Of a DNA stretch of 64,000 nucleotides, positions 19,866 through 30,222 are shown in pieces. The stretch's first letter is position 1. The number at the start of each line of letters is the position of its first letter. Made by a program: the position numbers and the translations under genes. Source of the DNA: a virus; the IMG/VR virus record IMGVR_UViG_3300032291_002524, positions 42,316-106,315 of that record; one strand, given 5' to 3'. Under the pieces are notes generated by a model, which had not been told where the DNA came from, did not search any database, and saw only the letters and a program-made list of their open reading frames with translations.

Positions 19866-20546
19866 ATGAACAATACAGATTTTAAAAACTATTTTACCAA
19901 ACACTTGGGTAAAGGCTCATTAATGTTGGATTATTACAACCAAAGAATTGAAGATTCGATGACACCTTATATTTTGGAAGAAAGAGAGATGAGAGTGACC
20001 CAGATGGATATTTTTTCACGATTAATGAGGGACCGTTTACTATGGGTGGCGGGGCCTGTTGATGATAACATGTCCACAGTTGTCCAAGCACAATTAATGT
20101 ATTTAGATTCGGTTAATAATATGGACATAACGATGCACATTGATTCGCCAGGTGGCTCTGTTAAATCCGGTTTATCGATGATTGACGTTATGGATTATAT
20201 ATCATGTGATATTCACACCATTAATACCGGTATGGCAGCATCCATGGGTTCCGTGTTGTTAGGCGCTGGAACCAAAGGTAAACGTTCGTCTTTAAGATTT
20301 TCACGTACCATGTTACACCAATCTTCAGGGGGTTTCCGTGGAAATATCCAAGACGCTAAGATTGATATGATTGAGTGGGAGAAAGTGAATAAGATTTTAT
20401 TTGATTTGTTAGGTTCATATTGTGATAAATCGGCAGAACAAGTAATGGAAGACGCTTCTCGTGACCTGTGGTTAGATTCCAAATCTGCGTTAGAATACGG
20501 AATTATTGACGAAATTATTACATCAAAAAATAAAATGAAAAAATAA
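19866..20546 (+). CDS. clpP: ATP-dependent Clp protease proteolytic subunit
   Basis: MDIFSRLMRDR, IDSPGGSV, GMAASMG (Ser), MLHQ (His), RDLWL (Asp), YGIIDEI. Confidence 0.96.
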   Translation: MNNTDFKNYFTKHLGKGSLMLDYYNQRIEDSMTPYILEEREMRVTQMDIFSRLMRDRLLWVAGPVDDNMSTVVQAQLMYLDSVNNMDITMHIDSPGGSVKSGLSMIDVMDYISCDIHTINTGMAASMGSVLLGAGTKGKRSSLRFSRTMLHQSSGGFRGNIQDAKIDMIEWEKVNKILFDLLGSYCDKSAEQVMEDASRDLWLDSKSALEYGIIDEIITSKNKMKK

Positions 20547-20547
20547 A

Positions 20548-21399
20548 ATGAAAAAGTTATTATTAGGGTTGCTAATGATGTTGTCGATGACAGCACAAGC
20601 ACAGACAAAATGCGATTGGTCAGGGTATGAAATGAGAAAAACTTATCAAAGTTATAATCATTTTGAATTTAGAACTAACTTATATGATGATACTTGTATC
20701 ACATACAACTGGTTAGTTTATGATTATCAGACAAGAAAAGTAGATACATTATATGAGATTATTACAGGAGCTGTTCAAGTACGGTTTAACGTAAAAGGAA
20801 GATATAAATTAGGAATCAGAGCATACAATCGATGTACTGATTGTGATACTACATTCCAAACAGAAATTGATATTACAGTGTATGGTGAAAAAGCTAAATT
20901 GAGTTATAAACCATCAATTAAAGACTGTAAAACATATACCTTTGAAATGGAGAATATGAAGGATTCTTGTATGTCTTATATGTATGAAATTTGGGATGCT
21001 ACTGAATATGCATCTAAAATGACAGATAAGGAATGGAAATCGCATTCAGATAGTATGTTTTATTTTGATTACGAGTTTAATGAAAATAATATAGAATACT
21101 ACTCTCAGAAATCAGAACGAGTGCTGGACTTTACATTTCCTGATTCAGGACGTTATATGATTTTAACATACTTACAAAATGCCTGTACTGAAATTGACAC
21201 GTTTATTTTTACTAAAATTGTGGTATGTCCATCTGAAGTAACTACTAGTGTTAAAAATATTGTTAAAAACAATGATATTAAAATTATCGGGTATTATGAC
21301 CTAATGGGTAGACAAGTTGATTATATGAGACCTAATGAGGTATATATCGTACTATATAGTAATGGACATCGTAGAAAAGTAATGCAAGTACAGAACTAA
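20548..21399 (+). CDS. Secreted beta-rich (PKD-like) protein with a T9SS-like C-terminal domain
   Basis: Signal peptide ...AQA-Q; C-terminus YYDLMGRQV....EVYIVLYSNG.RRKVM. Confidence 0.6.
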   Translation: MKKLLLGLLMMLSMTAQAQTKCDWSGYEMRKTYQSYNHFEFRTNLYDDTCITYNWLVYDYQTRKVDTLYEIITGAVQVRFNVKGRYKLGIRAYNRCTDCDTTFQTEIDITVYGEKAKLSYKPSIKDCKTYTFEMENMKDSCMSYMYEIWDATEYASKMTDKEWKSHSDSMFYFDYEFNENNIEYYSQKSERVLDFTFPDSGRYMILTYLQNACTEIDTFIFTKIVVCPSEVTTSVKNIVKNNDIKIIGYYDLMGRQVDYMRPNEVYIVLYSNGHRRKVMQVQN

Positions 21400-21410
21400 A
21401 TAAATTTTTA

Positions 21411-21443
21411 CAAACCCCAATCTTTAAAGGTTGGGGTTTTTTT
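21411..21443 (+). terminator. Intrinsic terminator
   Basis: AAACCCCAA-loop-TTGGGGTTT followed by a T-run. Confidence 0.75.
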
Positions 21444-21457
21444 CTTATATTTTAAAT

Positions 21458-22150
21458 ATGATGAAAAATTCACCAACAATAACTGTAATGTTTGCATACC
21501 TACTAACGATATTTTCTTTAGTTATGGTATCATCTTACGTTTCACCAACCAATACGACACGGTTAGATAAAATTGACACAATTAAAGTTATTGATACAAT
21601 AAAACAAATCGATGTTAAAAACAAAGTATCACTTTTTATTGGTGATTCACATACAACAAATTTTAAAAATGGTTGGCAGAAGATTTTATGTGATAAAACA
21701 GGAATGGTGTGTATAAATTCGGCCATGGGTGGTAAAACAACATATTATATGTTGGACGTTGCTGTCCTTAAATTGAATAAAAATATTGATTATTGTTTTA
21801 TTTATGGTGGAGCAAATGACATGTATTCGAATTCGATATCACCTCAGGACGCTTTTGATAATATTAAATCCATATCAAGATTATGTAATTCACATGGTAT
21901 TAAGTGTTATATTTTAACAGGTTTTGACGCAACAAAATGCACAAAAACATCAAATATAAATTATCCAAAAAGATATTCAAAGTTTCAGGAATTATTATTA
22001 ACCGAAAAAATTAATGGTGCCAAAGTTATTGATACAAGAATTATTGAACGTAGTGATTGTTGGGATAATCTATGTCATATGAATCCAAAAGGTCATAAGA
22101 AAATTGCCGATAAAATTATTAAAGATTTAAACTTGAAAATCACACAATAA
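21458..22150 (+). CDS. Membrane-anchored SGNH/GDSL hydrolase
   Basis: FIGDS, GGAND, D..HMN; N-terminal TM helix. Confidence 0.85.
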   Translation: MMKNSPTITVMFAYLLTIFSLVMVSSYVSPTNTTRLDKIDTIKVIDTIKQIDVKNKVSLFIGDSHTTNFKNGWQKILCDKTGMVCINSAMGGKTTYYMLDVAVLKLNKNIDYCFIYGGANDMYSNSISPQDAFDNIKSISRLCNSHGIKCYILTGFDATKCTKTSNINYPKRYSKFQELLLTEKINGAKVIDTRIIERSDCWDNLCHMNPKGHKKIADKIIKDLNLKITQ

Positions 22151-22167
22151 TTTATTATTTTTGTAAA

Positions 22168-23187
22168 ATGGATTTAAACACCCTAAATAGATATTATGAA
22201 GATGGTTTACTTTACAAACAAGTACACCCAACACTTCCATTAACCATTTGGAACTATACAGAAAAAGTTCAATATAATGGTTTATGGGATGAAATCACAT
22301 TGTCCTGTCGTGGATTAGTAACCGATAATCTTGGTAATATTGTTGCAAGACCATTTAAAAAGTTCTTTAATCTTGAAGAGGGTAAACACACACCGACACA
22401 AGATTTTGAAGTTTTCGAAAAAATGGACGGTTCAATGGGTATAATGTTCAAATACTCAGGTGAAACAATATTTGCAACTCGAGGGTCGTTCATTTCTGAA
22501 CAATCAAAATGGATGTCCGATTTTGCAACCACCTATAATTATCAAGACATCATTGTCGATGGATTCACTTATTTATTTGAAATTATATATGAAAACAATA
22601 GGATTGTTGTCGATTACGGTAACCAAGAAAGATTAGTATTATTAGGGATTATCAATACTGAAACAGGTGAAGAACTACCATATAACGATATTTATTCTGA
22701 TGGTTGGGATATTGTTCAAAGATATGACGGAATTAAAGATTATTCTAATTTAAAGAATCTTGTTGAAGCTAATCATGAAGGATTCGTCATTCGTTTTTCT
22801 AATGGGGACCGAATGAAAATTAAGGGTGAAGAATATATTCGTCTTCACAGAATTATGACTAATTTATCAACAACTTCAATATGGGACGTATTGTCTAATG
22901 GTGGTAATATGGAAAATTTACTTATAAATGTTCCAGATGAGTTTTATAATAAAATTAAGGAATATGAAGATGAACTTAAGTTTATGTTTAACTCATTGAG
23001 TAATGATTATTGGATTCATTTTAGAGACATTCAAAATTTGATGGAAAAAGTTGGTGGTGACCGTAAGAACTTTGCTCACGCAGCAAAACAATATCAGTAC
23101 CCATCATTGTTGTTTGGTCTATTGGATGGTAAAGATGTTTCACCTATTATTTGGAAAATTATTAAACCTGAATTTAAAAAATTATAA
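22168..23187 (+). CDS. T4 Rnl1-like RNA ligase
   Basis: CRGLV, ARPFKKFFN, EKMDGS, ATRGSF, FEII, EGFV, MKIK. Confidence 0.92.
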   Translation: MDLNTLNRYYEDGLLYKQVHPTLPLTIWNYTEKVQYNGLWDEITLSCRGLVTDNLGNIVARPFKKFFNLEEGKHTPTQDFEVFEKMDGSMGIMFKYSGETIFATRGSFISEQSKWMSDFATTYNYQDIIVDGFTYLFEIIYENNRIVVDYGNQERLVLLGIINTETGEELPYNDIYSDGWDIVQRYDGIKDYSNLKNLVEANHEGFVIRFSNGDRMKIKGEEYIRLHRIMTNLSTTSIWDVLSNGGNMENLLINVPDEFYNKIKEYEDELKFMFNSLSNDYWIHFRDIQNLMEKVGGDRKNFAHAAKQYQYPSLLFGLLDGKDVSPIIWKIIKPEFKKL

Positions 23188-23196
23188 ATAAAAAAA

Positions 23197-23412
23197 ATGA
23201 ATAATATAGACAAAAAATATATCATTGACGGAATTACTATCAATAAAACAAAAGAGGGTTATAGAGTTTTTACAATACCGACCCAACATTTTGATATTAT
23301 TGATTTAGATGAACTAACTAATGATAGATTTGATTTTGAAATTAAACGACAGGAAAAATATGAAGAAGATGGTTCCGAATTAGTTAAATTATGGGTAAAT
23401 GAAAATGAATAA
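23197..23412 (+). CDS. Hypothetical protein
   Basis: 71-aa ORF within the operon. Confidence 0.55.
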   Translation: MNNIDKKYIIDGITINKTKEGYRVFTIPTQHFDIIDLDELTNDRFDFEIKRQEKYEEDGSELVKLWVNENE

Positions 23413-23485
23413 TTTAGATAAACAATACAAAGCATTACTCCAGGATATTTTAGATAACGGAGTTGAAAAAAAAGATAGAAACTGA
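23405..23485 (+). pseudogene. thyA: Orphaned thymidylate synthase N-terminus MNNLDKQYKALLQDILDNGVEKKDRN*
   Basis: Aligns with the N-terminus of the intact thyA at 24373 (LDEQYIDLLKDILENGVKKNTRN). Confidence 0.85.
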
Positions 23486-23524
23486 GTAGAAAAGTTAGAT
23501 TGTAGATATTTATAATAAAAGAGT

Positions 23525-24376
23525 ATGATTATCTATAAAACAACCAACACTATAAACGGCAAAATATATGTAGGCCAGGATAAAAACAACAACCCTAATT
23601 ATTACGGTAGTGGTAAGTTATTACAAAAAGCCGTAAGGAAATACGGTAAAGAAAAATTCAAGAAAGAGGTGTTAGAGGTTTGTGAAAGCGAATCACACTT
23701 AAATAACAGAGAGGTTTTTTGGATACGTGAGCTGAACTCAACTGATAGGAGTATCGGATATAATATTAGTGATGGTAGTAAGGAAGGTGATAGAAAAATT
23801 GGACATGATATCGCCAAAGGTGGTATATACAATTACTGGGTAAAAAAGTACGGGGTTGAGGAAGCAGAACGTAGAAACCAGATTAAGATTGAAAAGATAA
23901 GAAAAAGAAATCATGATAATGGCACCAGCTTAACAAAAAAAGGTAGATACGCTATATGGTTGGAGAAGTATGGTGAAGAGGATGCTAATAGAAGATATGA
24001 TGAATGGAGGATAAAGATATCTCAGTATCAACAATATAAAATAGAGAGTGGTTGGAAACATAGTGATGATGCAAAGAAAAAAATATCTGAATCTTCTAAA
24101 GGTAGAGTATGTAGCGATGAGACTAAACAAAAACTGAGGAAGCCTAAACCAACAGGATTTTCAGATAAGATATCTAAAAGTAAAAAGGGAGTTAAGTTGG
24201 GCCCGTCTAAGAAAAGAAAACCAATACTTCAATTCGATATGGATAATATCTTCATTAAAGAATGGGAAAGTGTTAGTAGTGCAGAATCGGAGTTAAAAAT
24301 ATACAACATAAACGCTGTTTGTAAAGGTAAACAACAAACAGCTGGTGGTTATAAATGGAAATATAAAACAATATGA
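23525..24376 (+). mobile_element. Free-standing GIY-YIG homing endonuclease with NUMOD3/NUMOD1-like tail
   Basis: IIYKTTN.INGKIYVGQ...YYGSG, GYN, HSDDAKKKISES, TAGGYKWKY. Confidence 0.9.
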
Positions 24377-25521
24377 AAAATGGATTAGATGAACAATATA
24401 TAGACCTTTTAAAGGATATATTAGAAAATGGGGTAAAGAAGAATACTCGTAATGGTGAGGTTTTGAGCGTATTTGGACGTACTATTAGATATAAGTTTAA
24501 AGATGGTAAATTTCCACTTCTTACAACCAAGAAGATGGCTTGGAAAACTATGGTGACCGAGTTGTTATGGTTCTTACGTGGTAGCACAAACATTAAATAT
24601 TTAGTAGATAATAATTGTCATATTTGGGATGGTGATTGCTTCTTTCATTATCTGAAGAATGTAGATGACACTATAAAAAATAAATTTGGAATCGGACCTA
24701 TAATCTATGGCAAAGAAGAATTCATCAACAAAATCAAAACTGATGATGAGTTTGCTAATAAGTGGGGTGAACTCGGACCCGTGTATGGTAAGCAATGGAG
24801 AAGTTGGGGTAAGGATTTCAAACAAATACCAAATGAAACTGGGAATGGTGTTTACAATATTACAACAACAGGTATAGACCAAATCGCAAACCTAATCAAC
24901 GACCTTAAAACAAATCCAGACTCAAGACGATTAATGGTTAGTGCTTGGAATGTAAGTGAAATTGATTCGATGGTACTACCACCTTGTCATTATGGATTTC
25001 AAGTTTATACAAGAGAGTTGAGTGAAGGTGAGAGAGGACTATTGTTACAACCTTACGGATTAGACCCTTTAACAAAAGAAGGTAGAGATAGGTTATGGAA
25101 AGAAAATAATTTACCAACCAGAGCAATCTCTTTAATGTGGAACCAACGTTCATGCGATGTTCCACTCGGGATTCCAATGAACATTGCATCGTATGGGTTA
25201 TTATTGGAAATTATTGCCAAACTAGTTAATATGGTTCCTGACGAATTGATTGGTAATTTGGGTGATTGTCATATATACCTAAATCAAATTGAAGGTACAA
25301 AAGAACAAATCGGAAGAGAACCATTTGAATTACCTAAATTAAATATCAACACCGAGTTTTGGCCTTACGAAAGTGGCGAATGCGGTGTAGGACCAATTGA
25401 TAGTACTTCGGTATTAAATAGTTTTAATGATGATAATTTTTGTAAGTGTCTCTTAAATGACGATATCCAACTAAGTAATTACCAATCTCATCCCAAGATT
25501 TATTTTCCACTATCTAATTGA
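24373..25521 (+). CDS. thyA: Thymidylate synthase
   Basis: FPLLTTKK, ELLWF, GPVYGKQW, LPPCH, QRSCD, GDCHIY. Confidence 0.97.
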   Translation: MKNGLDEQYIDLLKDILENGVKKNTRNGEVLSVFGRTIRYKFKDGKFPLLTTKKMAWKTMVTELLWFLRGSTNIKYLVDNNCHIWDGDCFFHYLKNVDDTIKNKFGIGPIIYGKEEFINKIKTDDEFANKWGELGPVYGKQWRSWGKDFKQIPNETGNGVYNITTTGIDQIANLINDLKTNPDSRRLMVSAWNVSEIDSMVLPPCHYGFQVYTRELSEGERGLLLQPYGLDPLTKEGRDRLWKENNLPTRAISLMWNQRSCDVPLGIPMNIASYGLLLEIIAKLVNMVPDELIGNLGDCHIYLNQIEGTKEQIGREPFELPKLNINTEFWPYESGECGVGPIDSTSVLNSFNDDNFCKCLLNDDIQLSNYQSHPKIYFPLSN

Positions 25522-25524
25522 TTT

Positions 25525-26205
25525 TTAGGACTGCCAATGTTCGAATAATTCACTTACAACCATGGTTGCTAATTTTTGTAGTTTTCGATTAAATTGATTC
25601 ATTTCAAAATCTTTATTATTAAAACTTCTTAAAGTAATATTAATTAATGTATTTCTAGCTTCTTCATGAGAAGATTTCATCCTTTCAATTGCGTCTTCTT
25701 GTTCGTCTGATAAGTCGAGCCATTTCGTTTGGTCCTGAATCCACTCCCAAGGTGCATATAAATATGGTGGTGATGCCCACATATTTACAATTCCTGAGTT
25801 TCTTAAATCATCTAAAAAATTTTTAATTATATCCCATTCATTAACTTCTATATTTGAATATAAAACATCCCTGTTGAAAAACTTACTAAGGTTGTCAACT
25901 TCATTAAGTAAATCTAATCTTTTATGTTCGGATAATTCACTAAAGACTTTAACCTTCTTTTTTTCCCCGATTTTTGTTTCTGAAAGAACATTTTCATCTT
26001 CAAAATCCCACGCATCTGAATCGGGTATTAAATCTAATGTCGAACCATTATCCCAGTTTACTGAGTATTGAAATCCCATCCCAAAAGGAACTTGGACTAT
26101 TTTTTTAACTGTGCCTGTGGTTCCAATTGGGACACTTATAGTATCACCGTCCATATAATAACAAACTATTCTGTCACCAGGTTTTAATTTAGGATTTAAC
26201 GCCAT
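25525..26205 (-). CDS. DUF4314-like SH3-fold protein with an LR.SG..NM C-terminal domain
   Basis: GDRI..M.GD...VP.GT.GTV...V.WDNGS.L.LIP..D; start moved to MALNP. Confidence 0.6.
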   Translation of the reverse strand: MALNPKLKPGDRIVCYYMDGDTISVPIGTTGTVKKIVQVPFGMGFQYSVNWDNGSTLDLIPDSDAWDFEDENVLSETKIGEKKKVKVFSELSEHKRLDLLNEVDNLSKFFNRDVLYSNIEVNEWDIIKNFLDDLRNSGIVNMWASPPYLYAPWEWIQDQTKWLDLSDEQEDAIERMKSSHEEARNTLINITLRSFNNKDFEMNQFNRKLQKLATMVVSELFEHWQS

Positions 26206-26230
26206 ATTATAATATTTATTATTAATAAAT

Positions 26231-26842
26231 ATGAAGATTATTATTAGAGAAGAACAATATAGAATTATTTTGGAAGAAAATTTTAAATCTAATATTGTTA
26301 AAAAACTTGACGAATTAAAAGATTTCACATCTAACGTGATTGATGATTTAAGAAAATCATTTAATTTCAATGTTAAATTTGGTATAACCTACGGTGTTGG
26401 TATTGGGGTCATATTATCACATATTATCGATTATTTACAAGGTAAATACACTTCATTAACAGACAATGAAATTAAGATGTTAGCCATGGCGGCAATAATG
26501 GTTGTTTTTTATGAAACAAAGGATGTTTTAAAATTGGAAGAAAAAATCGATTCGAATGGATTATCTAATGAATTTGCAGATGTTACAACATTTACCGACA
26601 ATTTAAAGTTAAGATATTCTAAAATACTTAAGTCATTAGGTATGAGTTTGTGGAGAGGGACCGACATCTTGGGATACGCCTTTTTATTACCAATAATTGG
26701 TGAAATAGGGAAATTCTTAAATAGTAATAATATTAATGATATTGACTTTGAAGTGATATCTAAAAGTATTAGTATTTCAACAGGTATAATTATTACAGGT
26801 CATATACTTAGACGAATGTTTGATAAATTTTCAAAATCATAA
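26231..26842 (+). CDS. Membrane protein with an MKIIIREEQ leader
   Basis: Several hydrophobic helices; TATTTAT box upstream. Confidence 0.6.
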   Translation: MKIIIREEQYRIILEENFKSNIVKKLDELKDFTSNVIDDLRKSFNFNVKFGITYGVGIGVILSHIIDYLQGKYTSLTDNEIKMLAMAAIMVVFYETKDVLKLEEKIDSNGLSNEFADVTTFTDNLKLRYSKILKSLGMSLWRGTDILGYAFLLPIIGEIGKFLNSNNINDIDFEVISKSISISTGIIITGHILRRMFDKFSKS

Positions 26843-27127
26843 ATACTCAAAAACGATACAATCGTTTGCATAATACAATCTTCTAACCTGTCTCTTATCT
26901 ACCTGTTTACCCATTTCAATCATAGTATCCTTATCTGATAATTTTACACTCTTTGTTTTTGGTTTTTTGTTTTGGGTGTTATTTGTAGGTTTTGTTCTCA
27001 TTGGTTTAAAATATTCATCAAGAGCAAAAATAAGTTCTTCTCTTGATTTATCAAAATTCAAACCTTCTTTTTTACAAATATTTTTCAGTTGAGTAGTTTC
27101 CAATTTATCAAGTTCAAATTTTTCCAT
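26837..27127 (-). CDS. Small SAP/Rho_N-like nucleic-acid-binding protein
   Basis: QLKNICKKEGL...SREELI..L. Confidence 0.5.
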   Translation of the reverse strand: MEKFELDKLETTQLKNICKKEGLNFDKSREELIFALDEYFKPMRTKPTNNTQNKKPKTKSVKLSDKDTMIEMGKQVDKRQVRRLYYANDCIVFEYL

Positions 27128-27722
27128 ATCTTTCTTCGTATTTCTTCATCAATTCATTTTTTAATTTTTCAAAATCTTTTTTAGACATATCAGATTCTGT
27201 AAAATTTCTTGAATACCATTGATTTAAAGCGGTATCTAAATCAATATTTCTGAGTTTCATGACCCTACGCAAACCTCTAAACAATGCCGGTATTTCATGT
27301 GGTTGTAGATAATATTTATAGTTTTTTGGTTGTTTTTTGTACGGTACTGAAGGTAATTCACTATTTTTTCTAAGACCCAAGTATTGATAATGATGCTCGT
27401 ATTCATGAGCAATGATATCATTTAAATCTGCTATTAAATCATATAAAAGTTCGGGGTAATAATCTTCATTGATAAATAAAACCACCTGAATTGTTTCGGT
27501 TTCATCGTCATAATTACCATCAACAAAAAATTTATGGTCATCCTCTTTCCAATTATTATTCCAATCAAAATATACTTTAATTTCTTTGTCGTAATATTCA
27601 TCACCATCTAAATCAGAGGGTAATTCCCAACTACCAACTTCACCACTTCTAACAATTTTAATAATATCTCTAACGATTTTACGGGTAGTAAAATCTATAC
27701 TTTCATTTATCATACGCTCCAT
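27114..27722 (-). CDS. Zincin-like HExxH protein
   Basis: IAHEYEHHYQ...YYLQPHEIPA. Confidence 0.7.
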   Translation of the reverse strand: MERMINESIDFTTRKIVRDIIKIVRSGEVGSWELPSDLDGDEYYDKEIKVYFDWNNNWKEDDHKFFVDGNYDDETETIQVVLFINEDYYPELLYDLIADLNDIIAHEYEHHYQYLGLRKNSELPSVPYKKQPKNYKYYLQPHEIPALFRGLRRVMKLRNIDLDTALNQWYSRNFTESDMSKKDFEKLKNELMKKYEERYGKI

Positions 27723-28162
27723 CTTACTTCATTTATTAATATATTACCTTCAACATTACATAGTTTTTCAAAAAAAAATAATTCATATTCCATAACCCTA
27801 ATAAAATGTGAATACCTTATCATTTCTTTGTTGAATTTACCATTTTGCAAATCACTAATCTTAAAAAACAAATCTATAAACTCATTTGAATTTAAATTAT
27901 GTTCAACAATATCAACATCAAAATAATAATGTAAAACCCAATCACCAATACTTATCATCGGTCTGATATTATTAAGACTAAATTTAATTTTCATTGTCCC
28001 AAGAACTATCGGGTCATCAAAAATTTTCGATTTTAACGGTAAATACATTGGGACTTCAAAAGTATCATCAGAAACCATTTCTAAACAAGGTACAACGGTC
28101 TTTTTAACATTTTCAATATCTTCAAGTGCACTTTCTATATCAGGATAAATTTTTATTGACAT
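27710..28162 (-). CDS. Hypothetical protein
   Basis: 150-aa ORF with TATTTAT box. Confidence 0.6.
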   Translation of the reverse strand: MSIKIYPDIESALEDIENVKKTVVPCLEMVSDDTFEVPMYLPLKSKIFDDPIVLGTMKIKFSLNNIRPMISIGDWVLHYYFDVDIVEHNLNSNEFIDLFFKISDLQNGKFNKEMIRYSHFIRVMEYELFFFEKLCNVEGNILINEVRWSV

Positions 28163-28210
28163 AATATATAAATATCTTGAATAATCATAATAAAATATTA
28201 TATTTTTTGT

Positions 28211-28624
28211 ATGGAATTAATATCAACCCACCCCGTAAAAAAATCTGATTTAGGTTTTCATGGTAATTTGTTTGGCGGGACTTGTTTATCGTGGTTAGAT
28301 GCTGCGGCGGCCGGATATGCTATGCAATTGTGTGACACCCCAAGAATGGTTACAGTATTGATAGATGAATGTTATTTTGAAAAACCGGCAAGAGAAGGAG
28401 ACCTATTAAAAATCTACGCATATCCAAAGAAAATTGGTAATAGTTCGATTACTATTTATATGGAAGCTCGTGCACATAATGTATATAATGGAGAACAGTC
28501 AATTGTTATTCGAACTAATATTAAATTTGTTAGAATCGATGATGATGGTAAATCAACGCCAATTAATCAAGTAGCCAAAGACAGAGTATCCAAATTGATT
28601 GAAAATTTTGACATTATAAATTAA
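28211..28624 (+). CDS. Acyl-CoA thioesterase (hotdog fold, YciA-like)
   Basis: DL..HGNLFGG..LSWLD.AA...VTV. Confidence 0.88.
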   Translation: MELISTHPVKKSDLGFHGNLFGGTCLSWLDAAAAGYAMQLCDTPRMVTVLIDECYFEKPAREGDLLKIYAYPKKIGNSSITIYMEARAHNVYNGEQSIVIRTNIKFVRIDDDGKSTPINQVAKDRVSKLIENFDIIN

Positions 28625-28642
28625 ATTGTTTAACATAGGGTT

Positions 28643-28969
28643 ATGGAAACAATTAAAGAAAAAATCAAAACCCTATTAAAACAAGTATCAATTTATGTAA
28701 TGATTGCCGTTAGTTTTTTAGTTGGAATATCAATTGGTTATTATTATGATGTTGTAAAAACAGGTTTGGTCAATAATAAATCAGAATCTATTAAAAGGTC
28801 AGAAGTTAATTTAGCATTAGACGAACATAATAGATTGATGATAGTTAAAAAACAAAACGGAACCTACACTGTTTATGAAGATTCAATCGGATATGTCATT
28901 TTTAATTTATACGCCAAAAGTATTTGGGGTCAGGCAACTCATCAAAAATCTGTAATCGATGGTAAATAA
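28643..28969 (+). CDS. Single-pass membrane protein
   Basis: One TM helix; overlaps the SLT gene start. Confidence 0.6.
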   Translation: METIKEKIKTLLKQVSIYVMIAVSFLVGISIGYYYDVVKTGLVNNKSESIKRSEVNLALDEHNRLMIVKKQNGTYTVYEDSIGYVIFNLYAKSIWGQATHQKSVIDGK

Positions 28970-29501
28970 GGCGATTAAATTTACTTATCTTCTCTTCACT
29001 ATTGGTATTCTATTAACCTCATTTTCCCTTCTTAATTATTTAGATTGTGATTCCAAACCGGATTTGAACGATATCGGACGTAACCCTAAATCTCCATCAT
29101 GCCTTCAAATGTATTCGTCTATTGAAAAATACTCAAAAAAATATAATGTCCCTAAGTATGTTGCATACAATGTGGCATTTCTTGAAACTGGGTATCGGGG
29201 ACCATTTCATTGGGGATATCATCCGTCACATATATCAAGTGCGGGGGCGGTCGGCCCAATGCAAATTATCACAAAATATTCGCACAAATTTGCGGGAAAA
29301 CATGTTTCACCAAATGAACTAATGAACAACATTGATTTAAATGTGATGGTAAGTATGAAAATGTTGAGAGTTTGGTATAATAAATACCAAACATGGGATT
29401 TAGCTTGTGGTGGGTATAACACCGGTAGACCAACAATCAACTCATATGCAATCTTTTGTTCATCAAATATGGATTACAAAAAAAATTGGGTTTCATATTA
29501 A
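28959..29501 (+). CDS. Lytic transglycosylase (SLT domain), membrane-anchored
   Basis: LETG, SSAGAVGPMQI, YNTG. Confidence 0.88.
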   Translation: MVNKAIKFTYLLFTIGILLTSFSLLNYLDCDSKPDLNDIGRNPKSPSCLQMYSSIEKYSKKYNVPKYVAYNVAFLETGYRGPFHWGYHPSHISSAGAVGPMQIITKYSHKFAGKHVSPNELMNNIDLNVMVSMKMLRVWYNKYQTWDLACGGYNTGRPTINSYAIFCSSNMDYKKNWVSY

Positions 29502-29528
29502 TAAAAAAATAACTATCTTTGTACTATA

Positions 29529-30221
29529 ATGAAAATAACATTTATTTCCGACACACATAATAAACATAAACAACTAAATGGTCTATTACCAGGTGGTGAC
29601 ATGATTATTCACGCGGGTGATATGTCAGGTATGGGATATAAACACGAAATTCAACAATTTTTAAAGTGGTATAATAATTTAGATAATTACACTCATAAGG
29701 TGTTTATCGCTGGTAACCATGATTGGGGATTTCAAACCGAACCCAAAATGTGTAAAGAACAATTGGATTTTTACGATAAGGTAACATACATCCAAGATAA
29801 CACAAAATTAATCGGTAATGAACATCAAACACCTGTTAAAGTTTATGGTTCTCCATGGCAACCTGAGTTTTATGATTGGGCATTTAACTTACCAAGAATG
29901 GGTTGGGAATTAGAACAAAAGTGGAATGATATTCCATTAGATACTGATATTTTAATTACACACGGACCTGCTTGGGGTCACTTAGACACAGTTAAAAGTT
30001 TAGGTGTTCCTTTGGGTTGTGAATTATTATCAGAAAGAATTAAAGTTGTTAAACCTAAAATTCACGTTTGTGGTCATATCCATACGGGATATGGTTATAA
30101 ATTTGATGGTGATACCCACTATTTTAATGCTGCGGTATTAGATGAGCAATATAATTTAACTCAAAAACCATTCACCGTGGAATGGAATCCTGAAACTAAT
30201 GAAATCGAATTTATAGATTAA
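29529..30221 (+). CDS. Metallophosphoesterase (MPPED/239FB-like)
   Basis: ISDTH, HAGD, IAGNHD, THGP, CGHIH. Confidence 0.92.
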   Translation: MKITFISDTHNKHKQLNGLLPGGDMIIHAGDMSGMGYKHEIQQFLKWYNNLDNYTHKVFIAGNHDWGFQTEPKMCKEQLDFYDKVTYIQDNTKLIGNEHQTPVKVYGSPWQPEFYDWAFNLPRMGWELEQKWNDIPLDTDILITHGPAWGHLDTVKSLGVPLGCELLSERIKVVKPKIHVCGHIHTGYGYKFDGDTHYFNAAVLDEQYNLTQKPFTVEWNPETNEIEFID

Positions 30222-30222
30222 T

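Noticed and set aside
23486-24372. Group I intron in thyA
   Set aside because: Only about 40 non-coding nt flank the endonuclease, too little for a ribozyme core, and the downstream thyA is complete.
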